Assembly: GCA_902570035.1 (NCBI GenBank)
Contig: CACFWO010000002.1
Coordinates: forward strand, 1,054 to 65,053
Reading direction: 5' to 3'
Source of the DNA: an uncultured SAR86 cluster bacterium
GTDB taxonomy: Bacteria > Pseudomonadota > Gammaproteobacteria > Magnimaribacterales > AG-339-G14
DNA: 64,000 bases
A program made the position numbers and the translations under genes. The notes below the pieces were generated by a model. It was not told where the DNA came from. It ran no database searches and saw nothing but the letters and a program-made list of their open reading frames with translations. Of this stretch, positions 46,613 through 59,127 are shown in pieces. Position 1 is the stretch's first letter. Every line of letters starts with the position of its first letter.

Positions 46613-48064
46613 ATGAAAGTTAGACCCATTTTAAACCTTTTAGGAATAGGTTTAGTATTTTTTTCTTTTTTTCAGCTGCTGCCGATAGCAATTTCCTTAA
46701 TTTATGAAGAAAATAATTTTACTGATTATTCTGGAGCCTTTTTTATAACTCTTATTACGGGAATAGCCTTTTGGGTAGGGACTTATAAAGAGAAACAAGA
46801 AACAATTCGAATAAAAGAAGGATTCATCCTAACTGTTGCTTTTTGGGTCTTATTTACCGTTTTTGCATCTTTACCTTTTCTTTTGAGCTCAACACACGAT
46901 TTCTCTATTGTGGATGCTTATTTTGAGACAACATCTGCTCTTACAACCACAGGATCTACAATATTGGTTGGCCTGGAATCGTATAGTAAGTCCTTACTAT
47001 TCTATAGAGCCCTATTACAATGGCTTGGGGGAATGGGAATAATTGTATTAGCAGTAGCAATCTTTCCATTACTGGGAGTTGGAGGTATGCAATTATATAA
47101 AAACGAGGGTTCTGGAGTGATGGGAGACAATAAATTGAGGCCAAAAATTGCAGAAACAGCTAAATCCTTATGGTTTATTTACCTAATTTTGACTCTAAGC
47201 TGCTGTTTTTGTTACTTTTTTTCAGGAATGAGTCTCTTTGATGCTGTGACTCACTCCTTTACAACGGTTGCCATTGGTGGATTTTCTAATTACGACGAAA
47301 GTTTTGCCTACTTTGATAGCAATGCAATCTATATGGTTTCTATAATATTTATGTTTCTTTCAGGTGCTAATTTTTCCCTTCATTTCCTTGCCTATACAAA
47401 GTTAAGCCCTAAGTACTACTTTCAAGATTCAGAATTTAAGTTTTATGGCACCGTCATTCTTATTGCTTTTCTTTTAATAACTCTTGCGATGATTTATTAC
47501 GGATCAACTAATAACTTTGACTTAATTGTTGCTACCGCTTTTCAAACAGTTTCTTTTGCAACCACTACAGGTTATGTAAGTTCAGATTACTATCTATGGC
47601 CTTCTTTTATTCCTTTCATGCTTTTGATGTTAGGAGTAATTGGTGCTTGTGCTGGCTCTACGGGCGGCGGAATAAAAATGATCAGGGTTTTAGTTCTATA
47701 CAAACAAGGTGGTAGAGAGCTTAAAAAATTGACCCATCCACAATCGGTTGTTCCAGTAAAAATTGGTGGGAAAATTCTTCAGCCAGAAATAGCAGAATCG
47801 GTTTGGGGTTTCTTTTCTGTGTACATATTGGCATATGTTTTTCTTACAACGTTTATGCTTTTATACGGCTCAGATTTCATTACTGCATTTTCTGCAGTAG
47901 GTGCATCAATTAATAATTTAGGTCCTGGGCTGGGAGATGTTTCTCAGAACTATAGCTCTTTGAATGATATCTCTAAAATAACTTTATCCTTTTCTATGAT
48001 ACTAGGAAGATTAGAAATTTATACGCTCCTTGTCTTGCTAACTCCCTTCTTTTGGAAAAGTTAA
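46613..48064 (+). CDS. trkH: Trk potassium uptake permease TrkH
   Basis: 483 aa polytopic protein with repeated selectivity-filter-like TTTG/GGFS/TTGY/NNLGPG segments. Confidence 0.9.
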   Translation: MKVRPILNLLGIGLVFFSFFQLLPIAISLIYEENNFTDYSGAFFITLITGIAFWVGTYKEKQETIRIKEGFILTVAFWVLFTVFASLPFLLSSTHDFSIVDAYFETTSALTTTGSTILVGLESYSKSLLFYRALLQWLGGMGIIVLAVAIFPLLGVGGMQLYKNEGSGVMGDNKLRPKIAETAKSLWFIYLILTLSCCFCYFFSGMSLFDAVTHSFTTVAIGGFSNYDESFAYFDSNAIYMVSIIFMFLSGANFSLHFLAYTKLSPKYYFQDSEFKFYGTVILIAFLLITLAMIYYGSTNNFDLIVATAFQTVSFATTTGYVSSDYYLWPSFIPFMLLMLGVIGACAGSTGGGIKMIRVLVLYKQGGRELKKLTHPQSVVPVKIGGKILQPEIAESVWGFFSVYILAYVFLTTFMLLYGSDFITAFSAVGASINNLGPGLGDVSQNYSSLNDISKITLSFSMILGRLEIYTLLVLLTPFFWKS

Positions 48065-48082
48065 GTAAGCACTTACTATCTT

Positions 48083-48946
48083 TTAAACGTAATTAATATA
48101 ACCTTTAAATCTTTTGTATTCCCATGCATACTGTTCAGGGGAAGCAAGGATATCTTCTTCCAAAACTTTATTCATTGACTCTAGAGACTTACTTACATCA
48201 TCAGAAAAAAAGTTCTCTCCCACCTCTCTTATATTGATTTGATATCCATCTTTGCCAAGCGTGCAACTGCAATAAATAACATTACAGTCAGTCCTTTTGG
48301 CGATATTTGAGATTAAAGAGTTGGTGTAGCAAGCATTGCCAAAAAAATTAGCTGTGTGTCGATTTTTGTTTTTCGGGACCTGATCAACTGCCATTGCTAT
48401 CGTTCCTTTATTATTGATGTGTTCGAGCAAAATTTTAGTACTTTTAAAGCCTATACCAACCATCTTTGCTCCATAATTTTGTCTTCCACTTTTTACAAGA
48501 TTATTAACATTTCTATTTTTTACTTTTGTAAACGGAATAATTAAATTTTCTGCTTTATGTGCCATCCATGAAATTAATAATTCCATATTACCAATATGAC
48601 TTGAAATGATTATCAAGCCTTTGTCTTCACCTAATAATGAATCAAATTTACTTTCATTGTTAACTGTAGAAATCAAAGGGTAAATTTTTCTAGAGAAATC
48701 CCTTGAATTTGACCAAACATAAATAGCTTCCATTAAAGATAAAGCTGTTTGTCTTACGCTGCTTCTTGATAAATCACCAATCTCTTCTTTAGTTTTGCTT
48801 TTAAAGACATGTTTAAGATTAGTTGAACTCGTTTTAAGGGTTTTAGAGTTAGACAAAACCATCAAAAAACCTAAAAACGACCCAAAAGCTTGAAAAACTC
48901 TAAAAGGGGCAATTTTAGCCAAAAAAAACAGTATTTTTATGAACAT
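48083..48946 (-). CDS. lpxL: Lipid A biosynthesis (Kdo2-lipid IVA) acyltransferase, LpxL/HtrB family
   Basis: 287 aa. N-terminal anchor, an SSHIGNME (H-x4-E/D-like) motif and a C-terminal PEQYAWEYKRFK block. Confidence 0.75.
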   Translation of the reverse strand: MFIKILFFLAKIAPFRVFQAFGSFLGFLMVLSNSKTLKTSSTNLKHVFKSKTKEEIGDLSRSSVRQTALSLMEAIYVWSNSRDFSRKIYPLISTVNNESKFDSLLGEDKGLIIISSHIGNMELLISWMAHKAENLIIPFTKVKNRNVNNLVKSGRQNYGAKMVGIGFKSTKILLEHINNKGTIAMAVDQVPKNKNRHTANFFGNACYTNSLISNIAKRTDCNVIYCSCTLGKDGYQINIREVGENFFSDDVSKSLESMNKVLEEDILASPEQYAWEYKRFKGYINYV

Positions 48947-49029
48947 TTCAGTCCATTATATTCAACATTCAAGTAGAATTAGTAAGAAATCAGTCTATTT
49001 TATTGAATCTAACCCGAATCATCGTATAA

Positions 49030-50385
49030 ATGTCAGCTAAATCAATGGATGAATTGGTCTCTTTATGCAAGAGAAGAGGATTTATTTTTCAATCTAGTGA
49101 AATCTATGGTGGCTTACAAGGTATGTATGACTTTGGTCCGCTTGGAGTTGAATTAAAAAATAATTTAAAAAATGCATGGTGGAAATCCATGGTTTATGAA
49201 AGAGATGATGTTGAAGGATTGGATGCGTCGATCTTAACAAATCAACTTGTATTAAATTATTCTGGCCATGAAGATACTTTTACAGATCCTTTGGTTGACT
49301 GTAAAAGTTGTAAGTCGAGATGGAGAGCAGATCAAATTGAAGATACCTGCCCGAATTGCGGCAGTAAAGATTTGACTGATCCCAGACCTTTTAACTTGAT
49401 GTTCAAAACAAACGTGGGCCCTCTTGAAGATGAAGGATCCATTGCGTATCTCAGACCAGAGACTGCGCAACAGATTTTTACAAACTTTAAGAATATAGTT
49501 GATTCAACATCAAGAGCTTTACCTTTTGGTATTGCGCAAATTGGAAAAGCTTTTCGAAATGAAATAACTCCGAGAAATTTTATTTTTAGGGTTCGTGAAT
49601 TTGAACAAATGGAATTGGAATTTTTTGTACAGCCAGGAGAGGATAATCTCTGGCACGAGAAATGGATTGAGGAAAGATCAAAGTGGTGGGAAAGTCAGGG
49701 AGTCTCTAAAAAGAAAATTAGATTTTTAGAAGTGCCTAAAAATGAACTATCTCATTACTCAAAACGTACTGTTGATTTAATGTATGAATTCCCTCACGGT
49801 GAGGAAGAATTGGAGGGCATAGCAAATAGAACTGATTTTGATTTAGGCTCGCATTCCAAAAATCAAGATCACCTAAATATACAAAGTAAGATAAGAAAAA
49901 ATTCGGACTCAAACTCAAGATTGGCGATACAGGATAAAGATTCAAATGAATGGATTGTTCCATTTGTTATAGAGCCATCTGCCGGCGTCGAAAGAGGAGT
50001 GTTGGCTATTTTGAATGAAGCTTATAAGGTTGAGAAACTAGAAGACGGAAAAGAAAGAATAGTTCTAGCTCTTAAACCTCATCTCAGTCCAATAAAGGCC
50101 GCCGTAATTCCTCTGAAAAAAAATAATGAAGATCTCGTGTCCTTAGCTAAAAATGTAAAAAACGAACTTCAATCTTTAGGTAAGGGCAGAGTTCTCTTGG
50201 AAAATACAGGAAATATCGGAAAGAGTTATAGGAAGCATGATGAAGTAGGTACTCCAATGTGCATAACAATTGATTTTGATTCTCTTGATAATAACACAGT
50301 TACAATAAGAGATAGAGATACAATGGAACAGAAAACTCATCAAATACAAGAGCTTACAACTTATTTCTCTAATTTTTTTAAGTAA
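49030..50385 (+). CDS. glyQS: Glycine--tRNA ligase, single-chain dimeric (glyQS) type
   Basis: 451 aa. [28 protein letters not shown]-terminus and class II motifs ([13 protein letters not shown]). It carries a CKSC...CPNC zinc-ribbon insert. Confidence 0.9.
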   Translation: MSAKSMDELVSLCKRRGFIFQSSEIYGGLQGMYDFGPLGVELKNNLKNAWWKSMVYERDDVEGLDASILTNQLVLNYSGHEDTFTDPLVDCKSCKSRWRADQIEDTCPNCGSKDLTDPRPFNLMFKTNVGPLEDEGSIAYLRPETAQQIFTNFKNIVDSTSRALPFGIAQIGKAFRNEITPRNFIFRVREFEQMELEFFVQPGEDNLWHEKWIEERSKWWESQGVSKKKIRFLEVPKNELSHYSKRTVDLMYEFPHGEEELEGIANRTDFDLGSHSKNQDHLNIQSKIRKNSDSNSRLAIQDKDSNEWIVPFVIEPSAGVERGVLAILNEAYKVEKLEDGKERIVLALKPHLSPIKAAVIPLKKNNEDLVSLAKNVKNELQSLGKGRVLLENTGNIGKSYRKHDEVGTPMCITIDFDSLDNNTVTIRDRDTMEQKTHQIQELTTYFSNFFK

Positions 50386-50393
50386 AATTATTC

Positions 50394-50936
50394 TTGGATA
50401 ACTCAAGTAAATATATTGTTTTAGATCGTGATGGTGTCATCAATGTTGATCTATTTGATTATGTAAGAGATCCAAAGGAATTTGAATTTGAACATAAGAG
50501 CGTTCAAGCAATAAAAAAATTATCAGACAAAAATGTAAAAATTGTTGTTCTTACAAATCAAGCCTGCGTTTCACAAAAAACGGCAACTGAACAAATGATA
50601 AATAACGTTCATGATCATATGAAAAATGAACTAAAAAAAGTTGGGGCTGAGATTGAGCTAATTCTATTTTGTCCGCATGCAAATGAAGACAATTGTGAAT
50701 GTAGAAAACCCAAAACAGGCTTGTTGGAAAAAGCTGAAGCTAAGCTTGGAATTTCACTTAAAGATTGTTTTTTTATTGGTGACAAAGAATCTGATTTACT
50801 TGCTGCAAAAAAGCATGGATGTCGTCCTGTCTTGGTTCTTACCGGTTATGGAATGTATACCATTAGAACAGCTGAAAGTTTGCAAGGTGTAAAAATTTAC
50901 GAGAATTTATTCGAAGCAATAGAGAACAACTTTTGA
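50394..50936 (+). CDS. gmhB: D-glycero-D-manno-heptose 1,7-bisphosphate phosphatase (HAD-IIIA)
   Basis: 180 aa with a TTG start. LDRDGVIN, a CPH..DNCECRKP zinc motif and a GDKESD block. Confidence 0.8.
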   Translation: MDNSSKYIVLDRDGVINVDLFDYVRDPKEFEFEHKSVQAIKKLSDKNVKIVVLTNQACVSQKTATEQMINNVHDHMKNELKKVGAEIELILFCPHANEDNCECRKPKTGLLEKAEAKLGISLKDCFFIGDKESDLLAAKKHGCRPVLVLTGYGMYTIRTAESLQGVKIYENLFEAIENNF

Positions 50937-51643
50937 TGGTTTATCTTAGATCGGGTATTTTTTATTTTTTCCTTATTATTGGATTGGGATTAATTTTCAT
51001 TGGCATACCTTTCCTATATGTCACTCCCTTAATAACGCGACAAAAAATTATTTTAAGCTGGGTATGGTTAGTAAGATTTACAATGAAATATATTTGTAAT
51101 GTTGAAATTGAATTTAAAGGATTCAAAGATTACTTTAATGGCAAATTTCTTTTTGTCTCTAATCACCAAAGCACTTTGGAAACGTTGGTTTTACATCATG
51201 AGTTTCAACCAATATCAGCGATTACAAAGAAAGAAAATTTGAGTGTTCCAGTTTTTGGCTTAGGTTTTAGATTACTTGAACCTATTTACATAGAAAGAGA
51301 TATGAAGTTGAGCTCTACCAAAAAAATAATAAGAGAAGGGATAAAAAAAATTGATGCCGGATTATCTGTTTTATATTTTCCAGAAGGCACGAGGATGCCA
51401 GTAGGAGAAATAGGAAGATTTTCTAGAACTGGTATTGAAGTTGCAGCCAAAACAGGAACCAGCATCATCCCAATAGTTCATAACTCAGCAGAGTGTTGGC
51501 CGCCTAGTTACTTAATACAACCTGGAAAAGTTATTTTTTACTTAGGTGATCCTGTTGAAACATCCGGTAAAAATATAAGACAACTTACAACTGACCTTCA
51601 ATCATGGATGATTGAAAATTATCATCTAACCTCTGAGTCTTGA
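50933..51643 (+). CDS. plsC: 1-acyl-sn-glycerol-3-phosphate acyltransferase
   Basis: 236 aa. NHQSTLE (HX4D/E-type) and FPEGTR motifs. It overlaps gmhB by 4 nt. Confidence 0.8.
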   Translation: MMVYLRSGIFYFFLIIGLGLIFIGIPFLYVTPLITRQKIILSWVWLVRFTMKYICNVEIEFKGFKDYFNGKFLFVSNHQSTLETLVLHHEFQPISAITKKENLSVPVFGLGFRLLEPIYIERDMKLSSTKKIIREGIKKIDAGLSVLYFPEGTRMPVGEIGRFSRTGIEVAAKTGTSIIPIVHNSAECWPPSYLIQPGKVIFYLGDPVETSGKNIRQLTTDLQSWMIENYHLTSES

Positions 51644-51755
51644 AAATATCTTAAAAAAAGGTTTTCAAACCTTAATTTTATAAAAAACTCCCTTTTTCGC
51701 TCTTTTTTGCTAAATTTATCACTTAGATTGTGAAAAGTGTCATTTTGGAGGAAAT

Positions 51756-52190
51756 ATGCTTAAAAAACTTTTTAGTCAGGCTACAAATGACAGAATCCAC
51801 TGGACAACGCTCATTAGTGAAAAAATCCTTTTAGCGCTTATTGGAATTGCTACATGCATCGCTGCAGCTCTTTATTTATGGGAAATGTTCATAGAAAGAC
51901 GTATTGAATTGTCCGATTTATTCTTATTATTCATTTATGCTGAAATTTTGGGCATGGTGGGGGCTTTTTACAGCACGAATAGAATTCCAGTAACTTTGCC
52001 AATAATTATCGCTATAACGGCTATTTGCAGATTAATTGTTATGCAAAATAAAGAAATGGAAGCTACATTGATTGTTGGAGAAGCTGCAGCGGTTCTTATC
52101 CTGGCTGGCGCTGCGTATATGATGAGCCTGAAAGATAAAATAAGTTTAGAAAAATTAAAAAAGCAAAACAATGATGATATCCAAAGCTAA
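51756..52190 (+). CDS. PsiE-like (phosphate-starvation-inducible) membrane protein
   Basis: 144 aa with 4 TM helices. The block IIIAITAICRLIV resembles E. coli PsiE YIGITAIVRLII. Confidence 0.45.
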   Translation: MLKKLFSQATNDRIHWTTLISEKILLALIGIATCIAAALYLWEMFIERRIELSDLFLLFIYAEILGMVGAFYSTNRIPVTLPIIIAITAICRLIVMQNKEMEATLIVGEAAAVLILAGAAYMMSLKDKISLEKLKKQNNDDIQS

Positions 52191-52501
52191 TGCTTTTTAA
52201 GCGGCTTTTCAGATTCTTCAAACCATCCGTCGATGATTTCATTGTTCTCATCTATCCATCTTTCGATTTGAAGGATGACAAAATCTTGCCCAGAAATTAA
52301 ATCAAAATTCTCTTGTGGCATAGATTCCTTTTCTCTCTCAAGCAGCTCTTTCAATGTAATGAGATTTTCTGTTTGTTGATGATATTCCAAAAGGGTAGGA
52401 TTTTTTTTATCAGAAAAAGTGTCTTGGATTTCATCCAATAATTGGTCTTTGAATTTTTGAATCTCTTTGATATTCAAAACTCTTTTATCTCTCTGCTCCA
52501 A
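52187..52501 (-). CDS. Acidic hypothetical protein
   Basis: 104 aa if the TTG at 52501 is used. An alternative TTG at 52477 forms a TTGA overlap with the upstream stop. No motif recognised. Confidence 0.35.
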   Translation of the reverse strand: MEQRDKRVLNIKEIQKFKDQLLDEIQDTFSDKKNPTLLEYHQQTENLITLKELLEREKESMPQENFDLISGQDFVILQIERWIDENNEIIDGWFEESEKPLKKH

Positions 52502-53013
52502 GAAACTTTTTTTATTTTTCTTTCTGAATGTGAAAGGATTTTGATGTGAAATTCTTCTCTTATTTCTTTTATACTTTTATCAAGTAACTCTTCTGAAAAA
52601 TAATAATTCCAACGCTTCTTCATTTGAAAACATCTAAATAAAATCGTTGGCCACTTTTTAAACATGACTTTTAAGTAGAGAAAAAAGTACTTTGTATAAC
52701 CAACGTCTTTTAAGAGAATTTCTACCTTTTCTGTAGTCTCTTTGAAATTTATTTTTCCAGAAAAATAATCTTTTAATGTTTCAAAATAGTTTCCACCAAA
52801 AAATACCCAGCAATCCAACATCGCTTCCTCTTCTAAGGTTGTATCTAATCCAAAAATTACATGAGTTGCATCATGGCATAGAATACCCCACTTTTCTGAA
52901 TCGCTAACTTGTTCTCCAAGAACATATCTATTATTTTTTCTTAAATAACTTCTATATTCTTCTATTCCTTCTTGCAAAGAAGTATTGCAATCTTGGTTCT
53001 GAAAGTTGAGCAT
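52474..53013 (-). CDS. Hypothetical protein, possible Coq4-like metal-binding fold
   Basis: 179 aa. CHDATHVIFGLDTTLEEE fits the Coq4-type HDxxH-x(10-13)-E motif. Weak assignment. Confidence 0.4.
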   Translation of the reverse strand: MLNFQNQDCNTSLQEGIEEYRSYLRKNNRYVLGEQVSDSEKWGILCHDATHVIFGLDTTLEEEAMLDCWVFFGGNYFETLKDYFSGKINFKETTEKVEILLKDVGYTKYFFLYLKVMFKKWPTILFRCFQMKKRWNYYFSEELLDKSIKEIREEFHIKILSHSERKIKKVSWSREIKEF

Positions 53014-53086
53014 TTTTTTATTATAATTTAATTCTTTTCACTCATTACAAACTTTAGTTTAATTTTTTTTGTTTTAAACTAATTTA

Positions 53087-53296
53087 ATGAATTTAAGTAT
53101 GTTCATTATTGGAAGCGCGGTTTTCATTGTTGCTTTTTCTTTTTTTAAAGTTAATGCTTTGCAGAAAACTAAAAATCATGATGAGTCTTGGTTAAAGCTT
53201 ATTTCAGTTTTTCTCGTGGACCTTATTGTGCTCATGGTGGGCACTCTTGGAGTAGGGATATTTTTTGTCTCTTTGTTCAACGCGTTTCATGGATAA
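53087..53296 (+). CDS. Small two-TM membrane protein, unknown function
   Basis: 69 aa with two hydrophobic helices. The stop overlaps the next ORF's start (ATGGATAA). Confidence 0.35.
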   Translation: MNLSMFIIGSAVFIVAFSFFKVNALQKTKNHDESWLKLISVFLVDLIVLMVGTLGVGIFFVSLFNAFHG

Positions 53297-53525
53297 ACTT
53301 TTAAGGAGTAGTTTTCTAAGTAACCTCTTTGCTTATCTAAAATATAGATATTTCTTACAAGATATTGAATTTAATGAAGATATTTCTATGTATGAAGATT
53401 TATTTTCTAATGGGCAAAGAGTTTTTCATGGAGTGTTACTAGATGATGAAGGAAATCTCATAGAAGACAATCAAGAACCTGAAAATAACTGCCTAGAAGA
53501 CTTTTTACTCAAACAAAGAAATTAA
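53289..53525 (+). CDS. Acidic hypothetical protein
   Basis: The start is placed at ATG 53289 (MDKLL), which overlaps the upstream stop. 78 aa with no recognised motif. Confidence 0.3.
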   Translation: MDKLLRSSFLSNLFAYLKYRYFLQDIEFNEDISMYEDLFSNGQRVFHGVLLDDEGNLIEDNQEPENNCLEDFLLKQRN

Positions 53526-53527
53526 AG

Positions 53528-54547
53528 TTAGGATCTAGAAGATCCTATGGCGACCGGTCTGATTGGTGAGGCCGCGCTACCCTTCGTTTTTAGTGGGAGA
53601 ATCATCACACATGAAAGATCAACAGAATCCTTCGCAAGTAAATCAAGCTTTAAGTTTTCTATAGTATGAATACCAACCTGGGTTAAGAAATAATAGTGTG
53701 CCGGTAAAACAACGCCATCAGGATTTTGAGATACTTCTTTACCCATTTCGCTTGGATCACCAAAGGCATCTACCCCCCAATTATCTACACCTACTCCTAC
53801 AACTTTTTTAGCAGCTAAAAACTTTGCGGCATTAAAGGATATTCCCGGCGCCTTAGAATAATAAATTTTATTTTCGTCTGGATCTTCATATTGATCACTC
53901 CATCCTGTGTAAATTAGGACAACATCTCCAGGCAAAATTCCTCTTTTATTCAGCGATGATTTCTTTAAAGTTTCCTTGATATGTTTTACGGTTACGTATT
54001 CACCAGCCTTCATAGATCTTCCTTCAAAGGAATGTTTTCTAACGTCCAGCAAAACAGCCGTCGTGATGATGGGTGGAACTGTTTCAATTCCTAATTTTTG
54101 CAATGGAGATTCTGGAAATGGTTTTACTTCTTTAGCTGTTAAACCTTTGAAGTATCTAACACCAGAAAGATCCACCTCGCCTTTTCCATCCCAAAATTTA
54201 TCTGAATGTCCGAAGTGTCCGAGAGCATCAATTTGGGTTCCTTGATTTCCGTCATTCACGTTTTCATTGAGTACGTCCATCGTATAAATGTGATTAGAGT
54301 TTTCGAAACCTAATTCAGGCAAAAATTTTGGTTTGTACTCACCTGCAAATGGAGACAAGGGCATTGTTGAGGTTCTTTCGTATGAAAGCTCATAAACCTT
54401 TGAATTATCTTTCGACATTTCAGTGGCGCATCTTGCCCATGTATCTGTGCCTAGTAGATTAGTCATTCCTCTTTCTAAGGAAAAATCTGAGGAAAATAGA
54501 TTTGCTGATAATGCGAGAAAAAAAATAAGTAGGTTGAATCTAATCAT
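53528..54547 (-). CDS. Secreted cyclase-family protein (kynurenine formamidase-like fold)
   Basis: 339 aa with a signal peptide. GTQIDALGHFGH resembles the cyclase GTHxDAPxH metal motif. Confidence 0.6.
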   Translation of the reverse strand: MIRFNLLIFFLALSANLFSSDFSLERGMTNLLGTDTWARCATEMSKDNSKVYELSYERTSTMPLSPFAGEYKPKFLPELGFENSNHIYTMDVLNENVNDGNQGTQIDALGHFGHSDKFWDGKGEVDLSGVRYFKGLTAKEVKPFPESPLQKLGIETVPPIITTAVLLDVRKHSFEGRSMKAGEYVTVKHIKETLKKSSLNKRGILPGDVVLIYTGWSDQYEDPDENKIYYSKAPGISFNAAKFLAAKKVVGVGVDNWGVDAFGDPSEMGKEVSQNPDGVVLPAHYYFLTQVGIHTIENLKLDLLAKDSVDLSCVMILPLKTKGSAASPIRPVAIGSSRS

Positions 54548-54555
54548 CCAAGATA

Positions 54556-56994
<2,439 letters not shown>

Positions 56995-56997
56995 TCA

Positions 56998-58020
56998 TTA
57001 TAAAGCAATTACGCTATTAAATCGCCCTTTTATACCTAAAAAATCAGGGTCAATTGAGGACACAAACTTCTGTCCTGGAGCATCCAAAATTAGCTCCAAA
57101 CATTTTAGAAAATTCTCCTGATCTAGCTCAGAAGGCAAGTCATCCACTAAAAAGATGGAGTACTTATTTCCGAGATTATGCATGTGTTGATTAAATCCTA
57201 ATATTGTTAATAAAATCAATAGCTTCTGTTCTCCTCTGGATAAAATATCACCTGATTTAACAGCGTTGACATCATAGAGAAGATCAAGCCTATGAGGCCC
57301 AACTGTTGAAAATTTTACTTCCGAATCTTTTTGATAAGCTTCGCGCAATTCATTCTTAAAATCTTCTTCTTCCAACCATAGATTTTCAACCCTGAAATTT
57401 ACCTTTTTTTCTGCAGGAAAATCCTTATCAAAATTTACTTTTAGCAAAGGAATTATCTTATCTAAATGCTTATTTCTCAAGCATGAAATTTCTATTGATT
57501 TTTCGACAAATAGATTGTTCCAAATCTTGAAAGTTTTTTTGTTTGCTTCTTTGAGCGCATTGTTTCTTAGTCTCAGTGATTTTTGAAACTCTATGTACTT
57601 TTTTTTGTAATTTTGTTCCACGTGAAACAAGTAAAAATCTAAGAAATTTCTTCTGGTTTCAGATGAAGACTCTAAATAATTTAATGCAAAGTTGTTAATT
57701 AAAAATGGACAAACATCATTTAGTATTGATTCTTTTGGAGTGATTTGCCTGAACAGCGCCTTAGTTTTTTTTCTTGAAAGCTCTAGCTTCGAATTGTCAT
57801 CAAATAAGGCTTTCAAAGCAAAAAAATCTTCTTCAAATGGATAGAAAGAATTCATATTGTTAGTTTTGAATGACTTATTTTCTATCGAAAAATAAATACT
57901 TTCCAATAAAGTAGTTTTTCCAGAACCGTTCTTCCCCGAAATAAGATTTGAGTCAGTAAACGAGAAAAATTTTTGTGAGAGGGCTCTAAAAGAGGATAGC
58001 TCTAATTTTTTTAAAGCCAT
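56998..58020 (-). CDS. recF: DNA replication and repair protein RecF
   Basis: 340 aa. Walker A GKNGSGKTTLLE, an SRGEQK signature and an LVDD Walker B. Its position is between dnaN and gyrB. Confidence 0.88.
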   Translation of the reverse strand: MALKKLELSSFRALSQKFFSFTDSNLISGKNGSGKTTLLESIYFSIENKSFKTNNMNSFYPFEEDFFALKALFDDNSKLELSRKKTKALFRQITPKESILNDVCPFLINNFALNYLESSSETRRNFLDFYLFHVEQNYKKKYIEFQKSLRLRNNALKEANKKTFKIWNNLFVEKSIEISCLRNKHLDKIIPLLKVNFDKDFPAEKKVNFRVENLWLEEEDFKNELREAYQKDSEVKFSTVGPHRLDLLYDVNAVKSGDILSRGEQKLLILLTILGFNQHMHNLGNKYSIFLVDDLPSELDQENFLKCLELILDAPGQKFVSSIDPDFLGIKGRFNSVIAL

Positions 58021-58024
58021 GAGA

Positions 58025-59125
58025 CTAGAGTCTCATAGGCATAATAACGTGTATAAGATCTTCGTTTTCCTTATTTTTAACAATACAACTTGATTCTTGA
58101 CCGAAAAAAACTATTTCTGCAGATAAATCTTTGATAGTGGTCAGGGACTCTTGTAAATAGCTTATATTAAAACCAATTTCTAGCTCTGGGCCTGAATAAT
58201 CAACTTTTATTTCTTCTTCGGCGCTTTCTTTCTCTGGATTATTAGCCTCAATTTTCAGCAAATCTTTGTTAAGACTCAATCGAATTCCTCTGTATTTTTC
58301 ATTTGAAAGAACGGAAGCTCTGCTCAGAGCTGTATTAAATTCATTTTTATCGACAATAAGTTTAGATTCATCGCCAACTGGAAAAACTTTTTCGTAATCA
58401 GGATAATTGCCCTCAATCAATTTAGAGGTGAAGGAAAATTCAGTGCCTACAACATTGATTTGATTCTGGGATACATTCAACGTGATTTCTTCGTCGTTAG
58501 TAGAAATAATTTTTTGCAATTCCATAACTGCTTTTCTTGGAACAATAACCCTAAAATCCTCTTTTAAACCATCAATTGATGTTTTTGTAAAAGCCAACCT
58601 ATGGCCATCTGTTGATACCACGCATAATGCGTTTCCTTTTGTCTCTAAAAGACAGCCATTTAGGTAATATCTTACATCTTGTGCAGCCATTGCCACAGAT
58701 GATGAGCCGATCATATCAGCTAAGGCTGAAGATGAAATCTTAATAGAACTGCTGAAATCAGCAGAATCAATAGAAGGAAAGTCGCTAGCTGGTAATGTAG
58801 CCAAATCTGCCTGGAACTTTAAGGCTTTAATTTCTATCTGATTATCAATTAGGCAAAAGTTCAGCTTTGTGTCTTCTGGTATCGATCTGACTAAATCTGC
58901 TAGTTTTCTAGCAGATACTGTAACTTCACCCTCTTTTTTAACTTCTGCGCCCTCAATCGTCGTTTTATATTCAATTTCTAAGTCAGTTGCCGTTATTTTT
59001 ATTGAATTTTTGGCCGCTGAAATTAATACGTTTGACAAAATAGGTATAGATTGTCTTTTTTCAGATACATTTGAGGCCAGCAATACTGGTTCAACAAGAT
59101 CATTTTTATTTATATTAAATTCCAT
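58025..59125 (-). CDS. dnaN: DNA polymerase III beta sliding clamp
   Basis: About 366 aa starting from ATG 59125 (the ORF-track TTG at 59131 is the alternative). It has a three-domain clamp, ends in PMRL and lies directly after dnaA. Confidence 0.93.
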   Translation of the reverse strand: MEFNINKNDLVEPVLLASNVSEKRQSIPILSNVLISAAKNSIKITATDLEIEYKTTIEGAEVKKEGEVTVSARKLADLVRSIPEDTKLNFCLIDNQIEIKALKFQADLATLPASDFPSIDSADFSSSIKISSSALADMIGSSSVAMAAQDVRYYLNGCLLETKGNALCVVSTDGHRLAFTKTSIDGLKEDFRVIVPRKAVMELQKIISTNDEEITLNVSQNQINVVGTEFSFTSKLIEGNYPDYEKVFPVGDESKLIVDKNEFNTALSRASVLSNEKYRGIRLSLNKDLLKIEANNPEKESAEEEIKVDYSGPELEIGFNISYLQESLTTIKDLSAEIVFFGQESSCIVKNKENEDLIHVIMPMRL

Positions 59126-59127
59126 AA

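Noticed and set aside
51658-51673. AAGGTT-TTCA-AACCTT hairpin after plsC as a terminator
   Set aside because: The stem is short and AT-rich, and it is followed by a weak T-tract. It is much weaker than the three terminators in the paralog array.
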